A stretch of DNA of 64,000 nt, taken from NCBI GenBank assembly GCA_964444665.1, contig CAYUIE010000010.1:13554-77553 (forward strand), read 5' to 3'. Positions 55,961 through 64,000 of the stretch are shown piece after piece. Made by a program: the position numbers and the translations under genes. Every line of letters begins with the position of its first letter. Within the stretch, counting starts at the first letter, position 1. This stretch comes from an uncultured Pirellulales bacterium (lineage in GTDB: Bacteria > Planctomycetota > Phycisphaerae > Sedimentisphaerales > CAYZTY01). Below the pieces are notes generated by a model. That model was not told where the DNA came from and did not search any database. It saw nothing but the letters and a program-made list of their open reading frames with translations.

Positions 55961-58588
55961 ATGCAAAAAGTTCGTACTTTTACTATTTTGCCTTCGCTTC
56001 CTGAGCCTCTCAAAGAACTTAAAAATATTGCTTATAACTTCTATTGGTCCTGGGACCCTGAAATTGTTGAGCTATTCAGGCGTATCAATCACAGTTTGTG
56101 GCGGTCTTGCGGCCATAATCCCGTTGCCTTACTCGGGGCCGTCTCACAGGCTCGCCTCGAGGACCTGGCTGGAAATGAAGGCTTTTTAAGCCATCTGCAG
56201 CGGGTCGGGGAAAAGCTGCAGAACTATCTTCAAAGGTCAACATGGTTTGATAAGGTCTATGCAAAGAATGCTGACGGACTCATCGGCTATTTTAGCGCAG
56301 AGTTCGGTATTCACGAATCTTTGCCCATTTATGCCGGAGGTTTAGGGCTTCTGGCCGGAGACCATCTGAAGACCTGTTCAGACCTCGGCGTTCCACTAAT
56401 CGGTGTGGGGCTGCTCTATCAGAAAGGATACTTCCGCCAGTACCTGAATACCGACGGATGGCAGCAGGAACAATACCTTGAAAATGATTTTTACAAGATG
56501 CCCATCGAGCTTGTTCGCAAGAACAGCGGACGGCCGCTGATTATAAAAGTTCAATACCCGCAGCGTTCGGTCGCCGCTCAGATATGGAAAGTTACGGTTG
56601 GAAGAATAAAGCTGTTTCTGCTCGACACAAACACACCAATGAATTCACCTGCGGACCGAACAATAACGGCCAACCTCTATGGCGGTGACAAAGAGAACAG
56701 GATTCGTCAGGAAATAATGCTTGGAATCGGCGGCTTCAAGGCACTTATGGCTATGAACATCGAGCCTGCCGTCTGTCATATGAATGAAGGTCATGCCGCC
56801 TTTCTTACTCTCGAGCGGATACACAGTCTGCGGACCAGGACACATATGAATTTTGATGAGGCCGTGGAAGCTACGAAGCCAAGCAATGTCTTTACTTTGC
56901 ACACCTGCGTTAAGGCCGGCAACGACGAGTTCCCGGAAGAATTGATGGATAAGTATTTCGCCGGCTATTTCCCGAACCTTGGCATAAACAGGAAACAGTT
57001 TCTTACACTCGGCCGGATAAATCCTGATGATGAAACCGAGTCGTTTAAGATGCCTGTTCTGGCCCTGCGTCTGAGCACTAATTGTAACGGTGTAAGCCAG
57101 TTACACGGCCAGGTTTCACGCCAGATATGGGCGCAGATATGGCCCGAACTGCCACAAGAGGAAGTGCCCATCCGTTCAATTACGAACGGAATACACTCCA
57201 AAACCTGGCTGTCGATGGAAATGAACGATCTTTACCAAAGATATTTAGGTTCTAACTGGCCCGATGAGGTAGTTGATAAGTCACTCTGGCAGCATATCGA
57301 ACAGATTCCCGATGAGGAACTTTGGCGAACCCATCAGCGATGTAAGGAGCGGTTGATTGCTTTCTGCCGGGCCCGTCTTAAGATGCAGCTTCAACGACGA
57401 GGAAGCTATCATACTGAACTCGGATGGGCTGAAGAGGTTCTTGACCCGGAAGCATTGACACTCGGATTCGCGCGCAGGTTCGCAAGCTACAAGCGAGGTT
57501 ATCTTTTACTAAAAGACCCGCAGCGACTAACGAAGCTGCTCACTCAGACAAACAGGCCCGTCCAGTTGATTTTTGCCGGCAAAGCCCATCCTAACGACAC
57601 CGAAGGAAAAGAGATTATCCGCCAAATCATTCATTTCGCCTCACAACGCAACCTGCGTCGCCGGCTGGTGTTTATCGAAGATTATGATGTTGACGTCGCC
57701 CGGTCAATGGCTCAGGGTGTCGATGTATGGCTTAATACGCCCCGCAGGCCGATGGAGGCCAGCGGCACAAGCGGTATGAAGGCGGCAATCAACGGTGTAA
57801 TAAATATGAGTACTCTCGATGGGTGGTGGTGCGAGGCTTATACACCGGATGCAGGCTGGGTCATAGGCGCCGGCGAGGCCTATAGTGATGTTGGATACCA
57901 GGACCTTGTAGAATCCCAGACTATCTACAATCTGCTGGAAAATGAGGTTATTCCCCTGTTTTTCACCCGGTCGGCCAGTGGACTACCACGAGCCTGGATA
58001 AACAGAATGAAAAGCTCCATAAGATGGATAGCTCCCCGATTTAACACAAATCGTATGCTTGCCGAGTATACACGCCGATTTTACAATCCTGCCGTGACAA
58101 GATGGAAAACTCTGACCGACTCGAATATGGCTCGTGCCAAAAACCTTGCTGCCTGGAAGACGAACGTAAAACAGGCCTGGTCGGAACTGGCCGTCAGGAC
58201 CACCAGCGTAGAAGTCAACGATGGCAAGCAACTCGTTCCTTTGAGCGCCCGGCAGCCGACCCTTGAGGTTGGGGCGGTCTTAAAAATTGCAGCAAACGCC
58301 AAACTTGGTAAACTTTCTCCCGATGACGTCGTAATCGAAGTTTATCACGGTATAGTCGACTCCTGGGGAAATATTATCGATGGTTCACCCATAAAAATGA
58401 CTTATGTGAACAGCGCCGGCCAGGACAACGAACACACATTTACTGCCTCACTACCGTGCCAAGCCTCCGGCCAACACGGCTTTGCCTTGAGGATACTGCC
58501 TAAGCATGCAGACCTCTTCGAGGCTTGCGAGCCGGGCCTTATTTGTTGGGAAGCTCCAGTTCCCGAAGCCTCACTCAAAGACCGATGA
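55961..58588 (+). CDS. glgP: Alpha-glucan (glycogen/maltodextrin) phosphorylase, GT35, DUF3417-type N-terminus
   Basis: LAYNFYWSWDPE, YFSAEFG, GGLGLLAGDHLK, and the PLP-site region (EASGTSGMKAAINGV). Confidence 0.9.
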   Translation: MQKVRTFTILPSLPEPLKELKNIAYNFYWSWDPEIVELFRRINHSLWRSCGHNPVALLGAVSQARLEDLAGNEGFLSHLQRVGEKLQNYLQRSTWFDKVYAKNADGLIGYFSAEFGIHESLPIYAGGLGLLAGDHLKTCSDLGVPLIGVGLLYQKGYFRQYLNTDGWQQEQYLENDFYKMPIELVRKNSGRPLIIKVQYPQRSVAAQIWKVTVGRIKLFLLDTNTPMNSPADRTITANLYGGDKENRIRQEIMLGIGGFKALMAMNIEPAVCHMNEGHAAFLTLERIHSLRTRTHMNFDEAVEATKPSNVFTLHTCVKAGNDEFPEELMDKYFAGYFPNLGINRKQFLTLGRINPDDETESFKMPVLALRLSTNCNGVSQLHGQVSRQIWAQIWPELPQEEVPIRSITNGIHSKTWLSMEMNDLYQRYLGSNWPDEVVDKSLWQHIEQIPDEELWRTHQRCKERLIAFCRARLKMQLQRRGSYHTELGWAEEVLDPEALTLGFARRFASYKRGYLLLKDPQRLTKLLTQTNRPVQLIFAGKAHPNDTEGKEIIRQIIHFASQRNLRRRLVFIEDYDVDVARSMAQGVDVWLNTPRRPMEASGTSGMKAAINGVINMSTLDGWWCEAYTPDAGWVIGAGEAYSDVGYQDLVESQTIYNLLENEVIPLFFTRSASGLPRAWINRMKSSIRWIAPRFNTNRMLAEYTRRFYNPAVTRWKTLTDSNMARAKNLAAWKTNVKQAWSELAVRTTSVEVNDGKQLVPLSARQPTLEVGAVLKIAANAKLGKLSPDDVVIEVYHGIVDSWGNIIDGSPIKMTYVNSAGQDNEHTFTASLPCQASGQHGFALRILPKHADLFEACEPGLICWEAPVPEASLKDR

Positions 58589-58760
58589 GTCGTGTGATGT
58601 TTTCTCGCTTTACCGCTTGTGCAGTCCGTCGAATCTAATTAAGACTGAACCTGTACTGGGAATCTGTCAGGGTTTAATCACTCACAGATAAAATCCTAAG
58701 ATGTTTAAGGTTCCTTCATTGTGGTGGGATAGGCTTTCGGCCATTGAAAATAAGCGGAAA

Positions 58761-59219
58761 CTATTGCTTTTCCTTCTCTTCGACAAGATTATAAGCCTGT
58801 TCCGCCGAAGCGGCCTGCTCGAGCTTTTGCCTGAACGACTCATCCAGCATTAGTCTGCTGATTCTTGCAAGTGCTTGAATGTGTGGACCTGTTTGGTCTG
58901 CCGGCGAGACTAATAAAAGAACTATGGTCACCCCTTTGCCGTCGACGCTGCCGAATTCCACAGGCTCGCTCGTTATCCCTAATGCCATTGCCAGCTCATT
59001 AACACCTTTACATTTGCCGTGTGGTATTGCCACCCCCGAGCCTATTCCCGTGCTTCGAGTTCCCTCTCGAACTAATATCGCATCCAGACAAACTATCCTG
59101 TTAAGCAGGATTTTCTGCTTGTCCAGCAAGTCAACTAATTCCGTTATTATGGCTTGTTTATCCTTCCCCTCCAATGGCACCTTAACGCAATCAGGCCGAA
59201 GAATTTGTGTTAAAAGCAT
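58761..59219 (-). CDS. PTS EIIA type-2 domain protein (PtsN / EIIA-Ntr-like)
   Basis: LEGKDKQAIITELVDLL...REGTRSTGIGSGVAIPHGK...LLLVSP contains the phosphorylatable His context IPHG. Confidence 0.85.
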   Translation of the reverse strand: MLLTQILRPDCVKVPLEGKDKQAIITELVDLLDKQKILLNRIVCLDAILVREGTRSTGIGSGVAIPHGKCKGVNELAMALGITSEPVEFGSVDGKGVTIVLLLVSPADQTGPHIQALARISRLMLDESFRQKLEQAASAEQAYNLVEEKEKQ

Positions 59220-59229
59220 CGTTTATACC

Positions 59230-59254
59230 AAAAAAGATATCTCTTTAGAGATAT
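59230..59254 (-). other. AT-rich hairpin plus T6 run immediately upstream of the EIIA start codon
   Basis: The minus strand reads ATATCTC-TAAA-GAGATAT followed by CTTTTTTGG. The T-run ends about 10 nt before the ATG at 59219. No Shine-Dalgarno sequence is visible. Confidence 0.25.
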
Positions 59255-59474
59255 AAACCAGATAAAGTACTCTTAGGCTGTTTCTATTTCAATAGTTTTT
59301 CAAGATTTTTCCAGCCTTTTGTTTCTACAAATGTGTGTAATCTTTTTTGCCACCCCTTCACACCGGTTTTCAATTTAATTTTTTCAACGAAAATTGCCTT
59401 TTCTTCATTTGTCGTTCCGCAAAGCTGAGTTTATGCGAAGCTGTCGTTTTCCCTTATCTGTGTATGTCGGTCTG

Positions 59475-60194
59475 TCAAGAAGTAGTCCGAATCCTGTGCC
59501 GCTGCCTTCTACCATCCCAGCGGGCAGGGATTTGACGCTCAGCACCTTCGCCTTCCTTTGCGTTTACCGCCACTTTCAAAGCCTCATTAGCAGTGGAGGC
59601 AAAAACGTCTGCACCGATCTCTTCCCAAAGCCCCTCTGCCCGGTTAAAAATTCCACCGGAGACCATAATTTGCATCTCCGGCACGGCATTGACTTCTCTT
59701 ATCTTGTCTATCAGCTTGCGGACCAACGGTGCTCGTCGGGCAATGGTGCCATAGATTAACAGCATATCAGGACGACGCTTGTGTATAAAGGCCAGCGTAT
59801 CATCCTCACTTACTCCACCACCTAAGAATTTGACTTGCCAACCGTCGCTTTCAAACAAGTCGGCCATCATTTGTGCCCCAAGCTCACCGTGCTCCGTTTC
59901 GGAACTACAAACAACCAATTCCTTACTCCTTACAGGCCGGCGGGGTAATTTGTTTTGCAACTGGTCTATAATTGTGCGGTTGATTCGCATGGCCATATGT
60001 TCCTGTGCCGAGTTTATCCTTTCGGCTTTAAACAGCTCTTCAATCTCCACCATGATAGGCCAAATAATCTCTGTATACACGGTTACGGCCGGAATGCCCG
60101 TTTGTAGAGACTCTTCGATAATGGCCCGACATACGACACGGTCTCCATCTAATAATCCTTGAAGGTATCTTTCCAAAATCTGCTCACTTACCAT
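59475..60194 (-). CDS. Stand-alone cobalamin-binding protein (B12-binding_2 helical bundle + Rossmann-like B12-binding domain)
   Basis: The N-terminal four-helix pattern (ERYLQGLLDGDR..CRAIIEE....G......YTEIIWPIMVEIEELF) is followed by ELVVCSSETEHGELGAQMMADLFESDGWQVKFLG. This has the lower-ligand His context but not a canonical D-x-H-x-x-G. Confidence 0.7.
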   Translation of the reverse strand: MVSEQILERYLQGLLDGDRVVCRAIIEESLQTGIPAVTVYTEIIWPIMVEIEELFKAERINSAQEHMAMRINRTIIDQLQNKLPRRPVRSKELVVCSSETEHGELGAQMMADLFESDGWQVKFLGGGVSEDDTLAFIHKRRPDMLLIYGTIARRAPLVRKLIDKIREVNAVPEMQIMVSGGIFNRAEGLWEEIGADVFASTANEALKVAVNAKEGEGAERQIPARWDGRRQRHRIRTTS

Positions 60195-60702
60195 AAATTT
60201 GCCTCCGTAATTACTTCCAGTTAGTAATCAAATCTTCTTTATATACCCTATTTACACCACTCACATAAGCAATACAACGCGAAATTGGGTAAAATAGGAT
60301 ATTTTGGTAACTTATGTATCGGAGTCATCTCTAAAAAAACTTTAGTTAAAATAGGAAAGCTATATATACCTCTGATAACATTATTAAAATCTCAATATAA
60401 CATTTAGGTCCTATATTACCCTATCCTTACATCGATATATGTTTCCACATGCAAAAACTCTAATTTTTAGCAACAACGACCTTCGTTTTAGTCCGAAGTA
60501 TAAATTAATCCCTGAGGATACTCTGCGGGTGAAAGGCAGGTAATAAATTGAAGGGCTGTTGGGGTCCTGACCGGATTCGTTTTAAGCCCAATGAAGCTTT
60601 ACGGAAGAGTTTGTCAGAGATACGCAGTGCCCTTGACAACATCGTAGAAAGCAGGTAAAAACGAGATGTTGTTGGCATTATTTGGAGTAGAGGAATCCGA
60701 AT

Positions 60703-61515
60703 ATGCTCCGGATTTTTAGTGAAAAGACAATTCATGGCGTGGAACAATCGGGACAATTCGCCAGGTTCTTTGCACAGTCCGTAGCGGCATCTGCGCGTAA
60801 TTGCACGAAGCTTAGCTCATATTCTTTAATGTGGACGCAAATGAACATCATCGGCGTACACAGTGTGCCTGTAATTATGATTACCGGCGCTTTTGTCGGG
60901 ATGACATTAGCGATACAGGCGTATGACCAGCTGGCAGGGATGGGATTGGAAGAGCATCTTGGTGTTTTAATCAATATATCGGTGGTAAAGGAACTTGGGC
61001 CGGTACTGGCCGCTGTTATGCTCGCAGGACGCGTAGGCGGCGCACTTACCGCGGAGTTGGGAACAATGAATGTTACCGAACAGATTGATGCCGTACGAAG
61101 TATGGGAACCGACCCGATGCGTTATCTGGTTGCACCTCGTTTCTTAGCATGTGTATTTCTAACGCCGTTCCTGATTATATATGCCGACCTGCTGGGTATT
61201 CTCGGTGGCTCATTCATCAGTGTTGTACAGCTCGGTATTAACAGCCGGGCCTACTGGCAGTTTAGTGCCGCCAGCGTCGATTTTTGGGATTTATCAATAG
61301 GAATAATTAAAGGATTTTTCTTTGGCGGTGCAATTGCGGCCGTTAGTTGCTACAAAGGTTTCACGTGCAAAGAAGGTGCGCAGGGAGTCGGGCAGGCCTG
61401 TACTGAGGCGTTTGTCGGAAGCTTCATACTCATACTCGCGCTTGACTTTGCCCTGGTTGTTATCTTCAAGGCTATTTACAGCACAATCTGGCCGACGAGA
61501 ATTTTATTATTGTAA
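60703..61515 (+). CDS. mlaE: MlaE-family ABC transporter permease
   Basis: GVHSVPVIMITGAFVGMTLAIQ, ELGPVLAAVMLAGRVGGALTAELGTM, VTEQIDA and MG.DP are MlaE/Ttg2B signatures. Confidence 0.85.
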   Translation: MLRIFSEKTIHGVEQSGQFARFFAQSVAASARNCTKLSSYSLMWTQMNIIGVHSVPVIMITGAFVGMTLAIQAYDQLAGMGLEEHLGVLINISVVKELGPVLAAVMLAGRVGGALTAELGTMNVTEQIDAVRSMGTDPMRYLVAPRFLACVFLTPFLIIYADLLGILGGSFISVVQLGINSRAYWQFSAASVDFWDLSIGIIKGFFFGGAIAAVSCYKGFTCKEGAQGVGQACTEAFVGSFILILALDFALVVIFKAIYSTIWPTRILLL

Positions 61516-61526
61516 GTAATGAGCTT

Positions 61527-62363
61527 ATGGCAGAGCAAAGCGAACAAACTAATAACTCCATACTCCATCTCGAAAAACTGACGAAGAAGTTCGGTAATAA
61601 GATGGTATTAGACGACATCTCGCTCTCTATAGAGAAGGGTAAAACTACCGTTATCATCGGCCCCAGCGGCTGCGGTAAGACCGTGTTAATAAAACATCTG
61701 ATAGTGCTGTTAAGGCCTACTGCAGGAAGTGTATTCCTGAGGGATAAAAGAATCGACAACCTGCCCGAACGCGACCTCGATAAGATACGCGTACATTACG
61801 GATTTTTATTCCAGGGTGGTGCTTTGTTCGACAGCCTGACTGTTTTTGAGAACATAGTTTTTCCAATCCAACAGCACGGTATCAGGGCGAAATGGAACGA
61901 GCTGGAGGAGTTAGTCAAAACCAAACTGGCATTGGTCGGGATGGACGGTTACCAAAATTATTATCCGGCAAATCTGTCGGGCGGCCAAAAAAAACGCGTG
62001 GCTCTTGCCAGAGCAATCGCGATGAATCCTGAGCTGATTTTATACGATGAGCCGACGACCGGTCTCGACCCGATTCGCAGCGATATAATTAATGAGCTTG
62101 TACTGAAGCTTCAAAAAGAACTCAGCGTTACAACCATAGTTGTTACACACGATATGACAAGCGCCTACAAAATTGGTGACCGTATCATTATGCTTCATAA
62201 CGGCAGGATAATCGCCGATGGTGATGTCGACCATATCCGCAATCACCCTAATTCAATCGTTCAGCAGTTTATCAACGGGCAACTCAGTGAAAATGACCTG
62301 GCCGCTCTGCGTCTGGGCGGTACTAAGTTTCAACCCCAGTTTCTGCCTCGCGATTTTGAGTAA
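61527..62363 (+). CDS. mlaF: ABC transporter ATP-binding protein (MlaF-like)
   Basis: Walker A GPSGCGKT, Q-loop, signature LSGGQKKRVALARA, Walker B ILYDEPTTGLD, and H-loop VTHD. Confidence 0.9.
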   Translation: MAEQSEQTNNSILHLEKLTKKFGNKMVLDDISLSIEKGKTTVIIGPSGCGKTVLIKHLIVLLRPTAGSVFLRDKRIDNLPERDLDKIRVHYGFLFQGGALFDSLTVFENIVFPIQQHGIRAKWNELEELVKTKLALVGMDGYQNYYPANLSGGQKKRVALARAIAMNPELILYDEPTTGLDPIRSDIINELVLKLQKELSVTTIVVTHDMTSAYKIGDRIIMLHNGRIIADGDVDHIRNHPNSIVQQFINGQLSENDLAALRLGGTKFQPQFLPRDFE

Positions 62364-62369
62364 TCAGCG

Positions 62370-64000
62370 ATGCCGTCCCGAAAAAAACCCGAGCAGGTTA
62401 CAGCCGAACTGGCCCGAATCAGCCAGGCGGACGTCTTTGGCGATATTTTTCACCGCGCCGCCTACAGCACCGATTCGAGCATTTATCAAATCGTCCCTTT
62501 ATGTGTGGTAGCGCCCAAAGACAGCCGTGACATCACCACCATTATAAAATATGCCAAAGAGAATGATATTCCACTCGTCGCTCGCGGTGCAGGCAGCGGT
62601 GTGGCAGGTGAGGCCCTGTGCAGCGGCATAGTGCTTGATATGAAGCGCTATATGAATCGGATTCTTAGTGTGGCCGATGACGGCTCAACAATTACCGGCC
62701 AGCCGGGCGCAGTCCTGGATGAGCTAAACAGCATCCTTGCCGGCTTCGGCAAAAAAATCGGCCCCGACCCCTCCAGCGCAAACAGGGCCACTCTCGGCGG
62801 CTGCGTTGCCAATAATGCGACCGGCGCCCATTCACTCAAGTTCGGTTATATGGCCGATTATGTGGTTGGCATCGAGGCCGTCCTGGCTGATGGAAGTATC
62901 GTTGAGTTCAAAAACGATTTTGACCCTGCCATTAACAATGACAGCAAAGTTGCCGGTCTTGCCGAAAAATGTTTGGCCATCCTCAAGGAAAATGCAGATA
63001 CGATTGTAGCCGCCCAGCCTGCCACAAGGCGCAGCCACAGTGGCTACAATATCGCAAACATAACAAACAACGGCAGGATAGATATGGCCCGTCTGCTGGC
63101 CGGCTCAGAAGGAACTCTGGCCGTTTTCACCAAAATCACATTAAGGGCTGTTGATGTTCCACAAGAGCGGGTCTTGCTGCAGCTTGAATTTGATTCGCTT
63201 GAGAAGATGACTCGAGCCGTGCCGCTTATTGCCGATTCCGGCGCCTCGGCCTGTGAGCTGATGGATAGAAGCCTGATGCAGTTGGCTGCCGAGGCATTTA
63301 TGCAGTACCGCGACATCCTTCCGACTTCTGCGGCCGTGGTGCTTCTTGTGGAGTACACCGGCCGCAACGAGCAACAGGTCAAACAGAAAATACAAGACGC
63401 ATTGGCAATGGTTGCCAAGCTTACATCACACACAAAGGCTGTCTTTGACCTCGCGGAGCAGGACCTTATGTGGCAGTCGCGTAAAGATGCTGTGCCGCTG
63501 CTCTATCGGAAAAAAAACCGAAAGCGTCCGATACCATTTGTAGAGGATACCTCCGTTGAAAACGCCCGGCTTGCCGAGTACATCACCGGCCTGAATGATA
63601 TTGCCCAACGGTATGATGTCTCGATGGCATATTACGGCCACGCAGGTGACGGCGGGCTGCACATTCGGCCATATATGGATTTGGCGACTGCTGAGGACGT
63701 TAGAAAAATGCAATTAATCGCCAAAGAGGTTTTTTCTTTGGCCTGGTCGCTGGGTGGTGCGATAAGCGGAGAGCACGCCGATGGGCTTGTAAGAGCGGCA
63801 TTTGTAAAGGGACAGTACGGCGAAGATTACTATGAAGTCCTGCGAAAAATAAAAAATATCTTCGACCCTGCCGGCCTTTTGAATCCGGGTAAGATTATCA
63901 ATGATGACGCTGATGTTATGGTCAGCAATCTAAGAGCGCAGCAGGGCGCTGCCGCCGGGAAAAAGAAAACAAATTTGCTGTTCGGGCCGGGCGAATTTCA
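62370..64000 (+). CDS. FAD-binding (PCMH-type) oxidase, GlcD/D-lactate dehydrogenase-like; 3' end beyond window
   Basis: This ORF is not in the supplied track because it has no stop inside the window. Frame 0 is open from the ATG at 62370 to the edge. FAD_binding_4 motifs are present (VARGAGSGVAGEA, GPDPSS...TLGGCVANNATGA), as is the FAD-oxidase C domain (YGHAGDGGLHIRP, GEHADG, DPAGLLNPGKI). Confidence 0.85.
   Translation, partial: MPSRKKPEQVTAELARISQADVFGDIFHRAAYSTDSSIYQIVPLCVVAPKDSRDITTIIKYAKENDIPLVARGAGSGVAGEALCSGIVLDMKRYMNRILSVADDGSTITGQPGAVLDELNSILAGFGKKIGPDPSSANRATLGGCVANNATGAHSLKFGYMADYVVGIEAVLADGSIVEFKNDFDPAINNDSKVAGLAEKCLAILKENADTIVAAQPATRRSHSGYNIANITNNGRIDMARLLAGSEGTLAVFTKITLRAVDVPQERVLLQLEFDSLEKMTRAVPLIADSGASACELMDRSLMQLAAEAFMQYRDILPTSAAVVLLVEYTGRNEQQVKQKIQDALAMVAKLTSHTKAVFDLAEQDLMWQSRKDAVPLLYRKKNRKRPIPFVEDTSVENARLAEYITGLNDIAQRYDVSMAYYGHAGDGGLHIRPYMDLATAEDVRKMQLIAKEVFSLAWSLGGAISGEHADGLVRAAFVKGQYGEDYYEVLRKIKNIFDPAGLLNPGKIINDDADVMVSNLRAQQGAAAGKKKTNLLFGPGEF

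Noticed and set aside
60195-60702. Cobalamin riboswitch next to the B12-binding protein gene
   Set aside because: On the minus strand there are weak resemblances: GGGCACTGCG to GCCACTG, and CGGTCAGGACCCC to the B12 box. The GGTG..AATCC core is missing, the candidate would overlap the mlaE start, and it lies 370 nt from the regulated gene.

Overview
This is a dense 64-kb chromosomal segment with about 55 protein-coding genes. I saw no rRNA, tRNA, CRISPR array, transposase or integrase, but I checked intergenic regions by eye only. The gene content suggests a PVC-superphylum genome, probably Planctomycetota or Phycisphaerae-like. That is an inference from the multiple groEL paralogs, an exosortase/EpsI locus, sulfatase-fold and FGE-domain proteins, and a dockerin-like C-terminus. 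Layout: (1) 1-4.9 kb holds a chaperone array, groEL(partial)-groES-groEL-dnaJ-grpE plus an FmdB-type zinc ribbon. (2) 5.5-7.3 kb holds an ECF sigma/anti-sigma pair. (3) 7.4-23.8 kb mixes housekeeping genes (ribBA, pgsA-like, pdxJ, dapA) with envelope and secreted proteins. These include a sulfatase-fold enzyme with Thr at the formylglycine position and a secreted FGE-domain/NHL-propeller protein with a near-identical internal repeat. (4) 24.3-37.8 kb is an exosortase-type polysaccharide export and protein-sorting locus. It encodes a Wza-like exporter, exosortase, EpsI, a 1576-aa TPR protein, a Wzz/BY-kinase fusion, an epimerase and a membrane arylsulfotransferase-like propeller. (5) 38.1-40.3 kb holds a RR-PAS-histidine kinase and a single-domain response regulator. 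(6) 40.4-41.7 kb is an AT-rich stretch of small, partly decayed genes, including a DUF3192-like lipoprotein interrupted by an in-frame TAG. (7) 41.7-44.1 kb holds a divergent GT4/GH130 pair. (8) 47.6-55.2 kb is a seven-gene minus-strand array: otsAB fusion, treT, mscS and a sugar ABC importer. (9) 55.5-55.76 kb holds a promoter, a ~200-nt highly structured RNA with 6S-like architecture, and a strong terminator. (10) The rest is glgP, an EIIA(Ntr)-like gene, a stand-alone B12-binding protein, mlaEF and a 3'-truncated FAD-linked oxidase. The best candidates for something new are the atypical exosortase locus with its sulfotransferase-like member, the FGE-NHL protein, the Thr-variant sulfatase, the 6S-like RNA and the GTAGGGT-bearing intergenic elements. 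All functional calls rest on motif recognition from the translations; no database search was run.
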